From contig JBAZXL010000009.1 of assembly GCA_041659825.1 (NCBI GenBank), positions 39,455 through 103,454 on the forward strand: a DNA stretch of 64,000 bases, written 5' to 3'. Of this stretch, positions 46,241-60,133 are shown piece by piece; the stretch's first letter is position 1; the number at the start of each line of letters is the position of its first letter. The position numbers and the translations under genes were made by a program. Under the pieces are notes generated by a model. The model was given only the letters and a program-made list of their open reading frames with translations, ran no database searches and was not told the origin of the DNA. Source of the stretch: Hyphomicrobium sp. Lineage in GTDB: Bacteria > Pseudomonadota > Alphaproteobacteria > Rhizobiales > Hyphomicrobiaceae.

Positions 46241-47620
46241 ATGCCGGGATTATCTGGCCGCTCGATAAGGTTATGGGCCGTCGTGCTCGCGCTCGGATTG
46301 TCCGGGTGCGAGACCCGGCCTTTGGGAAGTATCGAGACGGAAGCGATAGCCAAAACGGCGGAGACCGACCGCGATCTTCCGCGGCGCGAATGGCCGGTCG
46401 TGATCGAGACGCCACCGGCCTCGCACGGACCGCATGCCCAGGTGGAGACCCTCACGCTGCGTGAGGCTGTCGGCAGGGTTATCAACCATAGCCCCGCCAT
46501 CAAGGCCGCGTTCACGGAGATACAGGCCCGGCGAGGAGAAGAGTTGCAGGCATCTGTCAAACCTAATCCAGACGTAAAGCTGGATGTGGAGGATTTTCTC
46601 GGAGCGGACACGCGGTCCGGCTTCGAAGCCTCTCAGGAGACCCTGTCCATCGTACAGCTGTTCGAATTCGGGGACAAACGGGTCAAGCGGCTGCGCGCCG
46701 CAAGCATGGACACCTCCATAGCGGGTTGGGAGATGGAAACGATCCGTGTCCGCGAGATGCTTCAGGCCGTGCAGGCCTACGTCGAGGTGCTGGCGGCGCA
46801 AGAGCGCCTGGACGTGCTCCGCAAATCGGTGAGCTTGGGCGAAAAGGTAAAGGCGGCGGTCGATAAGCGGGTGAAGATTGGCAGTACGAGCGCGATCGAG
46901 CTCGATCGCGCCAATGTAACTCTGACGCGGGCCCGCTCGGCCGTTGTCGGCGAAGAAACCCGCCTATCCGGAAACCGGTTGCGACTTGCCGCACTCTGGG
47001 GAGCCCGATACGCCGATTTCACCCGTGTCTCGGGGAAGCTTGGCAACGGCACGGATGTCCCCTCCACCGAACGAGTGCTGGCCTATACCGACGGCAATCC
47101 CCTCATCGCCCGGTGGTCCGATGAAATCGGCCGCCGCGCGGCTCAACTCGATCTCGAGGCCGCGAAATCCGTCCGCGACTTCACGGTCGGGGGCGGCGTC
47201 CGTCGCTATGAAGATACCGACGAAGCGGCATTCGTCGTGTCTGTTTCAACGCCGCTCAAGATTTTCGACACCAATGCCGGCGCCATCACGGCGGCGGAGC
47301 AGCGTGTCGTCAAGGCGGAGCATGACCGTGAGGCCGCGCGGGTTTCCGTCACGGGTTCCGTGGCCGAGGCCATGACAAACCTGCGGGTTGCCGCAGCACA
47401 GGTTCGGTCCTTGCAACGGGAAGTGCTGCCTGCTGCTGAAAGCTCGTACGAAAAGACGCAGGCCGGTTACGAGCAGGCGCGCTTTGATCTTCTCAACGTT
47501 CTCGACGCGCAACGCACGCTTTTCGAGGTCCGCCTCGAACTTGTGAACGCGAAGGCCGACTTTGAAAAGGCGAAGGCGCAAGTCGAAGCGCTCGTCGGGC
47601 GGCCTCTATCCGAAATCTGA
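46241..47620 (+). CDS. czcC: CzcC-like outer-membrane factor
   Basis: Lipobox LSGC; TolC repeats; first gene of a CBA triad. Confidence 0.85.
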   Translation: MPGLSGRSIRLWAVVLALGLSGCETRPLGSIETEAIAKTAETDRDLPRREWPVVIETPPASHGPHAQVETLTLREAVGRVINHSPAIKAAFTEIQARRGEELQASVKPNPDVKLDVEDFLGADTRSGFEASQETLSIVQLFEFGDKRVKRLRAASMDTSIAGWEMETIRVREMLQAVQAYVEVLAAQERLDVLRKSVSLGEKVKAAVDKRVKIGSTSAIELDRANVTLTRARSAVVGEETRLSGNRLRLAALWGARYADFTRVSGKLGNGTDVPSTERVLAYTDGNPLIARWSDEIGRRAAQLDLEAAKSVRDFTVGGGVRRYEDTDEAAFVVSVSTPLKIFDTNAGAITAAEQRVVKAEHDREAARVSVTGSVAEAMTNLRVAAAQVRSLQREVLPAAESSYEKTQAGYEQARFDLLNVLDAQRTLFEVRLELVNAKADFEKAKAQVEALVGRPLSEI

Positions 47621-47656
47621 AGACGCGACGCGCTGCTAGCGCATGGAGCACACGAA

Positions 47657-52173
<4,517 letters not shown>

Positions 52174-52189
52174 CAGAGGAAAGCCATCC

Positions 52190-52852
52190 ATGGCCAGGAG
52201 AACAGTGATCGCCGCCGGTTTTCTACTCGCCATCAAAGCCCAGCTCACGCCCTGCGCCGGTGCGGAATCCGATACTCCAACCATTGAACCCTGGCACGTT
52301 GATTTCGCGGATCGCGATACTCATGCCGCCTTTCACAATGATCGCGGTTTACGCTTCTATCAATCGGGCCGCCTCGACAAAGCCATCGAGGAGTTGAGCG
52401 CGGCGATTGAGCTGCATCCGGTCGCGTCTTTGCCATATTACAATCGCGGCAATGCTCATTTCCGGCTGCGGCAATTCGAGCGCGCTGCGGAGGACTACTC
52501 CCAAGCCCTAAGCCGCAGCCCGGATCATGTCATGGCGCTGGTCAACCGCGGCAGCGCCCGCTCGGCGCTTGGCCGTCTCGACGAGGCTCTCGCTGATTAC
52601 AATGCCGCCTTTGCCCGAGAGCCAGACAATAGTTACGTGCTCTTTAATCGCGGCTTCCTGCGGGGAAAGCGGCAAGAATACCGGGAAGCGATTGCGGATT
52701 TCACGCGCGTGATCGAGCGCGATCCGAATGACGGCGATGCCTATCGCCTGAGAGCCGCCGCCTACGCATCTCTCGGGGAGATGGCGAAGGCACTGCGGGA
52801 TCGAGATACGGCCTTGACGCTGGGGCCAAGTAAAAGGACCAAAGCACCGTGA
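52190..52852 (+). CDS. Exported TPR-repeat protein
   Basis: Signal-like N-terminus; repeated YYNRG/LVNRG/LFNRG TPR motifs. Confidence 0.85.
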   Translation: MARRTVIAAGFLLAIKAQLTPCAGAESDTPTIEPWHVDFADRDTHAAFHNDRGLRFYQSGRLDKAIEELSAAIELHPVASLPYYNRGNAHFRLRQFERAAEDYSQALSRSPDHVMALVNRGSARSALGRLDEALADYNAAFAREPDNSYVLFNRGFLRGKRQEYREAIADFTRVIERDPNDGDAYRLRAAAYASLGEMAKALRDRDTALTLGPSKRTKAP

Positions 52853-53097
52853 CGGGAATGGCAATCAAGATGATCGGGGCGGGCCTGATTTTGGTAATGT
52901 GGTCTGCGTCTGCAGGGTCTCACGTGCTGCCCTGGCGGGCGGGCGAAGTGCGCATCAAGGGATTTGGTCATTGCGCCAAGGGACCTTGTATGAAGCGCTC
53001 TGACTTTAGCCCGAGCAGGCCGCACCATCACCATGCGGGCTGTCTCGTGATGGGGAGCTGGCGGCATTCCAGATTCGAGTCGTGCGAACCCTCGTGA
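52849..53097 (+). CDS. Small exported Cys/His-rich protein (82 aa)
   Basis: GTGA coupling to the TPR gene; signal peptide; GHCAKGPC..PHHHHAGC. Confidence 0.55.
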   Translation: MTGMAIKMIGAGLILVMWSASAGSHVLPWRAGEVRIKGFGHCAKGPCMKRSDFSPSRPHHHHAGCLVMGSWRHSRFESCEPS

Positions 53098-53203
53098 GGC
53101 GAGACGAACGTTCGTGCACGCGCGGGCGACCGCCTATTGGATTTCGAAAATTCTGCCATAGCGCCGTTTCGCATTCGATTGCACGCCCGGCCGGCGGAAC
53201 TTT

Positions 53204-54463
53204 TCAAAATCGTGTCCTGACCGAAACCCTGCGTAGGAAAAGCACACCTGCGGCGGCGAGGGCCGCGAACACAGCTCCGGTGAGGAAGGTCCCCTTGGGC
53301 CCGACGGCATCCCAGAGAACTCCGGCAATGACGCTGGCGGCGAGTAGAGCCAGCCCGGTCATCAAGTTGAACATGCCGTAGGCTGTGCCGCGCAATTCGG
53401 GGGGCGCCGTATCAGCCACCAGCGTTGCCAGCAACCCCTGGGTCAGCCCCATGTGGATACCCCACAAAATGACGCCGGCCGCGACGCTCTCAACCGACGA
53501 TGAATAGGCGAGCACCATGTCGGCCAGAAACAAAAGGACGAGACCGGCCGCGAGCATGTTGCGCCTGTCCATGCGATCCGACAAGACACCGGCCGGATAG
53601 GCGGCCAGCGCATAGACTACGTTCATCAGAACCAATATGGCCGGCACCAGGGCGACGGGCAAGCCTACGGATTGAGCGCGCAGAAGCAGGAATGCTTCGC
53701 TGAACCGCGCGAGCGTGAATACTGTGGCAACGGCCACCACCCACCAGAAATCCTGGCCGAGACGCGCCAGTTCGCGACGGCTGAGGGGGGACCGGACCGG
53801 TTTGAGATCTGGAAGTCGTTCGGGCTCGCGGACGGCAAATACGATCAGGGCAAATGCCAGGAATGCCGGGATCACTGCGATCCAAAACACGGTGACGAAG
53901 CTGTTGGCCGTCAGGACCATGAGAAGAATGGCGAGCAAGGGTCCGAGGAAAGCGCCGACCGTATCGAGCGATTGTCGGAGGCCGAAACTCGCGCCCCGCA
54001 CCTCGGGTGGCGACAGATCGGCAACCAGCGCATCGCGGGGAGCCCCCCGCACGCCTTTGCCAACCCGATCAATAAAGCGCGCCGCGATCAACCACGAAAG
54101 CTCAGATGCAAGCGGAAAGACCGGTTTGGTAAAGGCGGACATGCCGTAGCCGAGTGCTGCAAGCCCTTTTCGTTTGCCGAGCCGATCGGACAGGGCGCCT
54201 GAGAAAATTTTGGTGATGGCAGCCGTTGCCTCCGCGACGCCCTCAATTATGCCCACCGCAAGTGCAGACGTCCCCAAAGTCGTGACCATGTAAATGGGGA
54301 GCAGCGCATGGATCATCTCGGAGGAGATATCCATTAGGAGGGAGACAAAACCGAGGGCCCAGACTCCGGCCGGTATGGCCTTGAGATGAGCTTTAATCGA
54401 TGCGCTGTGTATCAGGGTGCCACCCACATTCTGCGGCGGCGTCAACCTGGCCGGCAGCAGCAC
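53204..54463 (-). CDS. MFS transporter (start uncertain)
   Basis: GALSDRLGKRK, DRVGKGVRGAPRDAL, GVLSDRMDRR; 12 TMs. Confidence 0.9.
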   Translation of the reverse strand: MLLPARLTPPQNVGGTLIHSASIKAHLKAIPAGVWALGFVSLLMDISSEMIHALLPIYMVTTLGTSALAVGIIEGVAEATAAITKIFSGALSDRLGKRKGLAALGYGMSAFTKPVFPLASELSWLIAARFIDRVGKGVRGAPRDALVADLSPPEVRGASFGLRQSLDTVGAFLGPLLAILLMVLTANSFVTVFWIAVIPAFLAFALIVFAVREPERLPDLKPVRSPLSRRELARLGQDFWWVVAVATVFTLARFSEAFLLLRAQSVGLPVALVPAILVLMNVVYALAAYPAGVLSDRMDRRNMLAAGLVLLFLADMVLAYSSSVESVAAGVILWGIHMGLTQGLLATLVADTAPPELRGTAYGMFNLMTGLALLAASVIAGVLWDAVGPKGTFLTGAVFAALAAAGVLFLRRVSVRTRF

Positions 54464-54589
54464 ACTTCTACCGCTACGACCCGCTACGGCAAGCCTGATC
54501 CCGCTCCAAACAATTGCCGAAGGCTAATCGAGAGTGTGCGGGGCGTTAACCGACCTCGCTCATCAGGCCAACACCCCACATCCAAGGCA

Positions 54590-54807
54590 GGACGAGACCG
54601 CTTTCAACAGCATCGTGCAAGTCTTCGCGCGAACTGATCGGTTGCTTGATGAACGGCATCGCGGCCGCTTTGCGGAAGGTCGAAGAAGCCGTCCTCCAGG
54701 ACCACATCGGCCATTGCGTCGAAAACGCCATCAGCAGTGGCAACACTACCGAACAACGGGCCAAAGTTGCGGAACTCGTGGAGGTGCTGTCTCGTTCGAA
54801 TAGATGA
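54590..54807 (+). pseudogene. Degraded csoR-like repressor
   Basis: 54649-54807 reads AAALRKVEEAVLQDHIGHCVENAISSG...KVAELVEVL (CsoR C-half). The N-half survives only as decayed NSIVQVFARTDR in another frame. Confidence 0.65.
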
Positions 54808-54960
54808 CTGTGTTTTTTGCGAGAACGATTCCTCGCTCGAGGTTGCCATTGCCACGGTCATCGTCGGTTTGAGATGCGGGCTGTCAGCACGGGATCGAAC
54901 GTCAGGGCGCGCTCAAAATTTCCGTGTCGCCCTGAAAACAAGGGAAGCGAGGTGTGAACC

Positions 54961-55416
54961 ATGCGCCACAACATGCCTTATGCAAGACTTGCCGGCATGA
55001 CCGTCCTGTCGTTCATCGCGATGTACATCCTCATGTACGCGATGGTGGACCGTTTCGATAACGTATACCCGAACACCAACCAGGCCTATATGGCCGGGCT
55101 CATGGCGGCGCCCATGGTGCTGATCGAGCTGCTTTTGATGAAGGATATGTACTCTAACACAAAGGCAAATTATGCCATCGCTGCCGCCGCCGTCGCGCTG
55201 ACGGCCGTGTTCTTCTTCTCGATCCGCTCGCAGGCCCTGATTGGTGACGACCAGTTCCTGCGCTCAATGATACCTCACCACGCCGGCGCAATTCTCATGT
55301 GCGAACGGGCAACGCTCGAAAATCCGAGCATCAAGCAGCTCTGCGGCACCATCATTGATGGCCAACGGCAGGAGATTGCTGAAATGACGGCAAGGCTAAA
55401 AGGCCTCAATAAATAG
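54961..55416 (+). CDS. DUF305-domain membrane protein
   Basis: Met-rich TMs; FLRSMIPHHAGAILMC..QRQEIAEM; RBS GAGG. Confidence 0.85.
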   Translation: MRHNMPYARLAGMTVLSFIAMYILMYAMVDRFDNVYPNTNQAYMAGLMAAPMVLIELLLMKDMYSNTKANYAIAAAAVALTAVFFFSIRSQALIGDDQFLRSMIPHHAGAILMCERATLENPSIKQLCGTIIDGQRQEIAEMTARLKGLNK

Positions 55417-55572
55417 ATGCCGCCGCAGACCGCCGCAACGCGCGGCGGCTCCACCCCCCTTGGGTTAGCAGTTTTTTCACCATTGGAACGTGTTTGACAG
55501 GCGGCTTAGGCCCCCCTCAACCCTTTCGGAAGCCTCCCGTGCGACCTTCGGCCAAACAACAAGGCCGAACCA

Positions 55573-56688
55573 ATGAACGGATACCGGCAAACCGGAAGCC
55601 TCATCCCGGAAGACAACAGCTTCGGCGCGGTACGGCTGGCCGCGGCCTTGGCCGTGGCAGTGAGCCACGCGGTCGAGATCACAGTCGGAAACGTATCCTG
55701 GGATTATGTGCATCAGATCACCGGCTATACGCTTGGCCAGCACGCGGTGCATGTCTTCTTCATCCTGAGCGGCTTCCTGGTGACGGCGAGTCTCATGCGG
55801 ACGTCGGACCTGACGCGGTTCGCTGTCGCGCGGGTGATGCGGATTTTCCCGGGGCTCATCGTATGCGCGATATTCACGGTGGCGGTGCTGGGACCGTTGA
55901 TTACGGTATGCCCATTGTCGAGCTATTTCGCCGATACAGGCCTCGTGAGGTACGTTGCCGAGACGACCCTGCTGATCACGGGACGGGCGGAGCTGCCTGG
56001 CGTCTTCACCACAAACCCGCTGGCTGGCCAGATCAACAACTCGGTCTGGACGCTCAAGTACGAGGTGCTTTGCTACGCTGGTCTGGGGCTTGCATTCGCG
56101 GCGGGTGTGCTGCGAACCTCTCTCAGGGCCCAGGCCTGGCTTTGGCTCGCGATTTCTGTGCTCGCGGCATCTTACGTTGTCCCCGGCCTTATCGAGGCGA
56201 AGACCGGCCCCGACGTGGTTCGCCGATTCGGACTTTGTTTTGCAATGGGCTCTGCGGCATTCTTCGCCCGGCATTACGCAGGACGAGCTTCGCTCGTGGT
56301 CATAAGCCTGGGCGCGCTTCTCGCATTATGGTCGACGCCGATGAAGGTGCCAGCGATGGTGTGTTTTGAGGCCAGCGTGGTGTTTTGGCTTGCGAACCTC
56401 AGGCGCCCAGCCCTGGCCAGTTTCACAATGAAGCATGATTTTTCGTACGGGATTTATCTCTACGGCTGGCCGGTGTCCCAGGCGCTCGTGCAGGTTTGGA
56501 CAGCGGCAACGCCGGTCGAGGTAGCCGCTCTCACCCTACTCATCCTTGTGCCCATAGCTGCCGCCTCATGGCATCTGGTCGAGCAGCCAGCTCAGCGTCT
56601 GGGCCATAAGCTGGCCACAGCCCGTCCGGTGCATGCATGGAGCAGGAGAGGCGCAGGCTGGCAACAATCCCGACCGCAGCAACCGTGA
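55573..56688 (+). CDS. Acyltransferase-3 (OafA-like O-acetyltransferase)
   Basis: AVRLAAAL.V..SHA, VFFILSGFLV, RVMRIFPGL, SVWTLKYEVLCY, FSYGIYLYGWPV, SWHLVEQP. Confidence 0.9.
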   Translation: MNGYRQTGSLIPEDNSFGAVRLAAALAVAVSHAVEITVGNVSWDYVHQITGYTLGQHAVHVFFILSGFLVTASLMRTSDLTRFAVARVMRIFPGLIVCAIFTVAVLGPLITVCPLSSYFADTGLVRYVAETTLLITGRAELPGVFTTNPLAGQINNSVWTLKYEVLCYAGLGLAFAAGVLRTSLRAQAWLWLAISVLAASYVVPGLIEAKTGPDVVRRFGLCFAMGSAAFFARHYAGRASLVVISLGALLALWSTPMKVPAMVCFEASVVFWLANLRRPALASFTMKHDFSYGIYLYGWPVSQALVQVWTAATPVEVAALTLLILVPIAAASWHLVEQPAQRLGHKLATARPVHAWSRRGAGWQQSRPQQP

Positions 56689-56980
56689 AGCACTCATGAT
56701 GCGGGGGATTTTGCTGGCTCGAACCAGAAGCTCTCCTCGCTGTTTCGCCAAGTTCGCAGCTGCTCTGTACGTCCCTACGTGGAGCAGCGAGTTTTTGGGT
56801 GATGCCGCGGATCACGCGATTGGCGGCGATGCGATAGAGGCCCTATGGCGGCCGTCTTGGCCGTCATCAAACCAAAGTCGGTCGAGCGCCTTGCGATGTC
56901 CGTGGATCGGCAGCAGATCACGAGCGACTTGACCAACCTCCTACTCAACCTAGTCCACCGTCAGACTACCCGGCGCGTTT

Positions 56981-59900
56981 CTATGCGACAGCTTGAGGTC
57001 GGTGATCTCTCACAGAATCTTCTACTCTAAGGGGCCATCCTTTCACGATCGCATAGACTGCTGGGATCACGATCAGCGTCAGCAGCGTGGATGACACCAT
57101 CCCGCCGATCATCGGCACGGCGATGCGCTGCATGACCTCCGAGCCGGTGCCGGTGCTCCACAGGATGGGCAGAAGTCCGGCCATGATGGCGACGACGGTC
57201 ATCATCTTGGGCCGCACGCGCTCGACGGCGCCGACCATGATGGCTTCGTAGAGGTCGGACCGCGTGTACGGCTTGCCTTCAGCCGCGCGCTTGGCCTTTT
57301 TCTCCTCCACCGCGTGGTCAAGATAGATCAGCATGATGACGCCGGTTTCGGCAGCGACTCCAGCCAGCGCGATAAATCCGACCGCGACCGCCACCGACAG
57401 GTTGAAGCCCAGCCACCAGATCATCCACATTCCTCCGACGAGCGCGAAGGGCAACGACAGCATAACGATCAGCGTCTCGGTCAACCGGCCAAAGTTGAGA
57501 TACAAGAGCAGGAAGATAAGCATCAGCGTCACCGGCACCACGAGCTTTAGCCGGGCTTCGGCTCGTTCCAGGTATTCGAACTGGCCGCTCCACACGAGGT
57601 ACGTTCCGGCTGGCAGCTTGACCTGGTCCACGACCGCCTGCCTGGCGTCGGCGATGTAGCCGCCGAGGTCGCGGTCCCGGAAGTCGACGAAGATATAGGT
57701 CGCGAGCTTGGCGTTCTCGGTGCGGATGCTGGTTGCGCCTTGGGTGCGCCGGATGTCGGCCACCTCGCCGAGCGGCACGGTTCCGCCAGCGGGTAACGAG
57801 ACCAGGACATCCTTGGCAATGGCCTGCGGATCAGACCGCAAGTCGCGCGGATAGCGGATGGCGACCGTATACCGCTCGCGCCCCTCGACCGTCGTTGTGA
57901 TGGGGTCGGCGCCAAGCGCCATCGCTACCACATCCTGCACGTCGGCCACCATCAAGCCGTAGCGCGCCAATCGCTGACGGTCGGGGACGATTTCGAGATA
58001 GAAGCCACCAACGACCCGCTCAGCGTAAGCGCTCGACGTGCCCGGAACCGATTTGAGAACGGTTTCGACCTCGCGGGCAACCTTTTCCATGGCCGTAAGA
58101 TCCTGACCAATCACCTTGACGCCCACGGGCGTGCGAATGCCGGTCGACAGCATGTCAATGCGCGCCTTGATCGGCATCGTCCAGGCATTGGAGACGCCAG
58201 GGAACAGCAGCGCCTTGTCCATCTCCTGGATGAGTGAGTCCACCGTGACGCCCGGCCGCCATTCTTCCTGCGGTTTGAGATTGACGATGGTCTCAAACAT
58301 CTCGATCGGCGCCGGGTCGGTCGCGGTCTGCGCGCGCCCAGCCTTGCCGTAGACCGAAGCCACCTCCGGAAACGACTTGATGATTCGGTCCTGCGTCTGC
58401 AGCAGCTCCGCCGACTTCGTGACGGATAGTCCCGGCAGCGTTGTCGGCATGTAAAGCAATGTGCCTTCGTTGAGGTTCGGCATGAACTCGGTGCCGACCT
58501 GCATTGCTGGCCAGATGGAGACGCCAAGCACCGCAAGCGCAAGCGTGATGGTCAGTGTCTTGGCTTTAAGCACGCCCCGAATGACCGGACGATAGACCGC
58601 AATCAGTGCCCGGTTGAGCGGGTTCTTGTGTTCCGGAATGATGCGCCCGCGAACGAACAGGATCATCAGGGCGGGCACCAGCGTGACCGATAGAAGCGCC
58701 GCCGCCGCCATCGCAAAGGTCTTGGTGAAGGCCAGCGGGCCGAACAAACGTCCTTCCTGGGCCTCCAGCGTGAAAATAGGTAGGAACGATACGGTGATGA
58801 TGAGCAGCGAGAAGAACAGCGCGGGCCCGACCTCGGCTGCCGCTTCGATCAGAATTTCGCTGCGCGGTTTTTCGGGTGCGGCCCGTTCCAGGTGCTTGTG
58901 CGCGTTCTCGATCATCACGATCGCCGCATCGATCATGGCGCCGATGGCAATGGCGATGCCACCAAGGCTCATGATGTTGGAGCCGATGCCGAGCATGCGC
59001 ATGGCCAGGAACGCAAGCAGAATGCCCACAGGCAACATCAGGATGGCGACCAGCGCGCTGCGCACGTGCAGCAGAAACACGATGCACACCAGAGCAACGA
59101 CGATGCTTTCCTCGATGAGCGTGGTTTTGAGTGTCTCGATGGCGCGGTGAATGAGATCGGAGCGGTCGTAGACCGGCACAATCTCGGTGCCCTGCGGCAA
59201 CGCCGGCGCGATTTCCTTGAGGCGGTCTTTGACGCTGTCGATGACGGTCAGCGCGTTGGCGCCGGAGCGTTGCAAGACGATGCCGCTCACTACCTCGCCG
59301 TCGCCGTTCAATTCCGTAATGCCGCGCCGCTCGTCGCCGGCCAGTTCGACACGAGCAACGTCTTTCAACAAGACCGGAGTGCCGCCGTCGGCCTTGACGA
59401 CGATGCTCTCGAGGTCGGCCACACCCTTGAGGTAGCCCCGGCCGCGCACCATGAACTCGTGCTCGGCCAGCTCCAGCGTCCGGCCGCCGACATCCATGTT
59501 GTTGCCGCGAATAACCTCGCGGATTTTTCCGAGTGGGATGCCGAGGCTGCGCAGTCGGCCCGGATCGACGACAACGTTGTACTGCTTGACGAAGCCGCCT
59601 ACGCTGGCGACCTCAGCGACGCCCTCCGCCTTGGACAGACCGAACCGCACCTCCCAGTCCTGTAGCGAGCGGAGCGCCGCAAGCGACATGTCTTTGCCTA
59701 CCAGCGCATATTGGTAGACCCATCCGACCCCGCTGGCGTCCGGGCCGAGGGTCGGCGTTACGCCCGACGGCAGCCGCTTGGCCGCTGCGTTGAGATATTC
59801 CAGAACCCGCGAGCGGGCCCAGTAAATGTCCGTTCCATCCTCGAAGATGACGTAGACGAAGGACACGCCAAAAAATGAGAAGCCTCGCACCACTTTGGAG

Positions 59901-60133
59901 CGCGGCACGGTCAGCATCGACGTCGTCAGCGGATACGTGACCTGATCCTCGACCACCTGCGGCGCCTGACCCGGATACTCGGTGTAGACGATTACCTGCG
60001 TGTCCGAGAGGTCAGGGATCGCATCGAGCGGCAGCGTGCGAACCGCCCAGACGCCGGCCGCCACGGCAAACGCCGTGGCAATAAGCACCAGCATCACGTT
60101 CCTGGCCGACCAGGTAATGAGGCGCGCGATCAT
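56981..60133 (-). CDS. cusA: CusA/SilA Cu(I)/Ag(I) RND permease
   Basis: LDAIPDLSDTQVIV; AIGAMIDAAIVMIEN; Met triad (YMPTT, IEMFET, AWTMPI). Confidence 0.95.
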   Translation of the reverse strand: MIARLITWSARNVMLVLIATAFAVAAGVWAVRTLPLDAIPDLSDTQVIVYTEYPGQAPQVVEDQVTYPLTTSMLTVPRSKVVRGFSFFGVSFVYVIFEDGTDIYWARSRVLEYLNAAAKRLPSGVTPTLGPDASGVGWVYQYALVGKDMSLAALRSLQDWEVRFGLSKAEGVAEVASVGGFVKQYNVVVDPGRLRSLGIPLGKIREVIRGNNMDVGGRTLELAEHEFMVRGRGYLKGVADLESIVVKADGGTPVLLKDVARVELAGDERRGITELNGDGEVVSGIVLQRSGANALTVIDSVKDRLKEIAPALPQGTEIVPVYDRSDLIHRAIETLKTTLIEESIVVALVCIVFLLHVRSALVAILMLPVGILLAFLAMRMLGIGSNIMSLGGIAIAIGAMIDAAIVMIENAHKHLERAAPEKPRSEILIEAAAEVGPALFFSLLIITVSFLPIFTLEAQEGRLFGPLAFTKTFAMAAAALLSVTLVPALMILFVRGRIIPEHKNPLNRALIAVYRPVIRGVLKAKTLTITLALAVLGVSIWPAMQVGTEFMPNLNEGTLLYMPTTLPGLSVTKSAELLQTQDRIIKSFPEVASVYGKAGRAQTATDPAPIEMFETIVNLKPQEEWRPGVTVDSLIQEMDKALLFPGVSNAWTMPIKARIDMLSTGIRTPVGVKVIGQDLTAMEKVAREVETVLKSVPGTSSAYAERVVGGFYLEIVPDRQRLARYGLMVADVQDVVAMALGADPITTTVEGRERYTVAIRYPRDLRSDPQAIAKDVLVSLPAGGTVPLGEVADIRRTQGATSIRTENAKLATYIFVDFRDRDLGGYIADARQAVVDQVKLPAGTYLVWSGQFEYLERAEARLKLVVPVTLMLIFLLLYLNFGRLTETLIVMLSLPFALVGGMWMIWWLGFNLSVAVAVGFIALAGVAAETGVIMLIYLDHAVEEKKAKRAAEGKPYTRSDLYEAIMVGAVERVRPKMMTVVAIMAGLLPILWSTGTGSEVMQRIAVPMIGGMVSSTLLTLIVIPAVYAIVKGWPLRVEDSVRDHRPQAVA

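Noticed and set aside
53103-53114. Perfect palindrome ACGAACGTTCGT as an SOS box or operator
   Set aside because: It lies between convergent gene ends, not in a promoter, and does not match the alphaproteobacterial GAAC-N7-GAAC LexA box.
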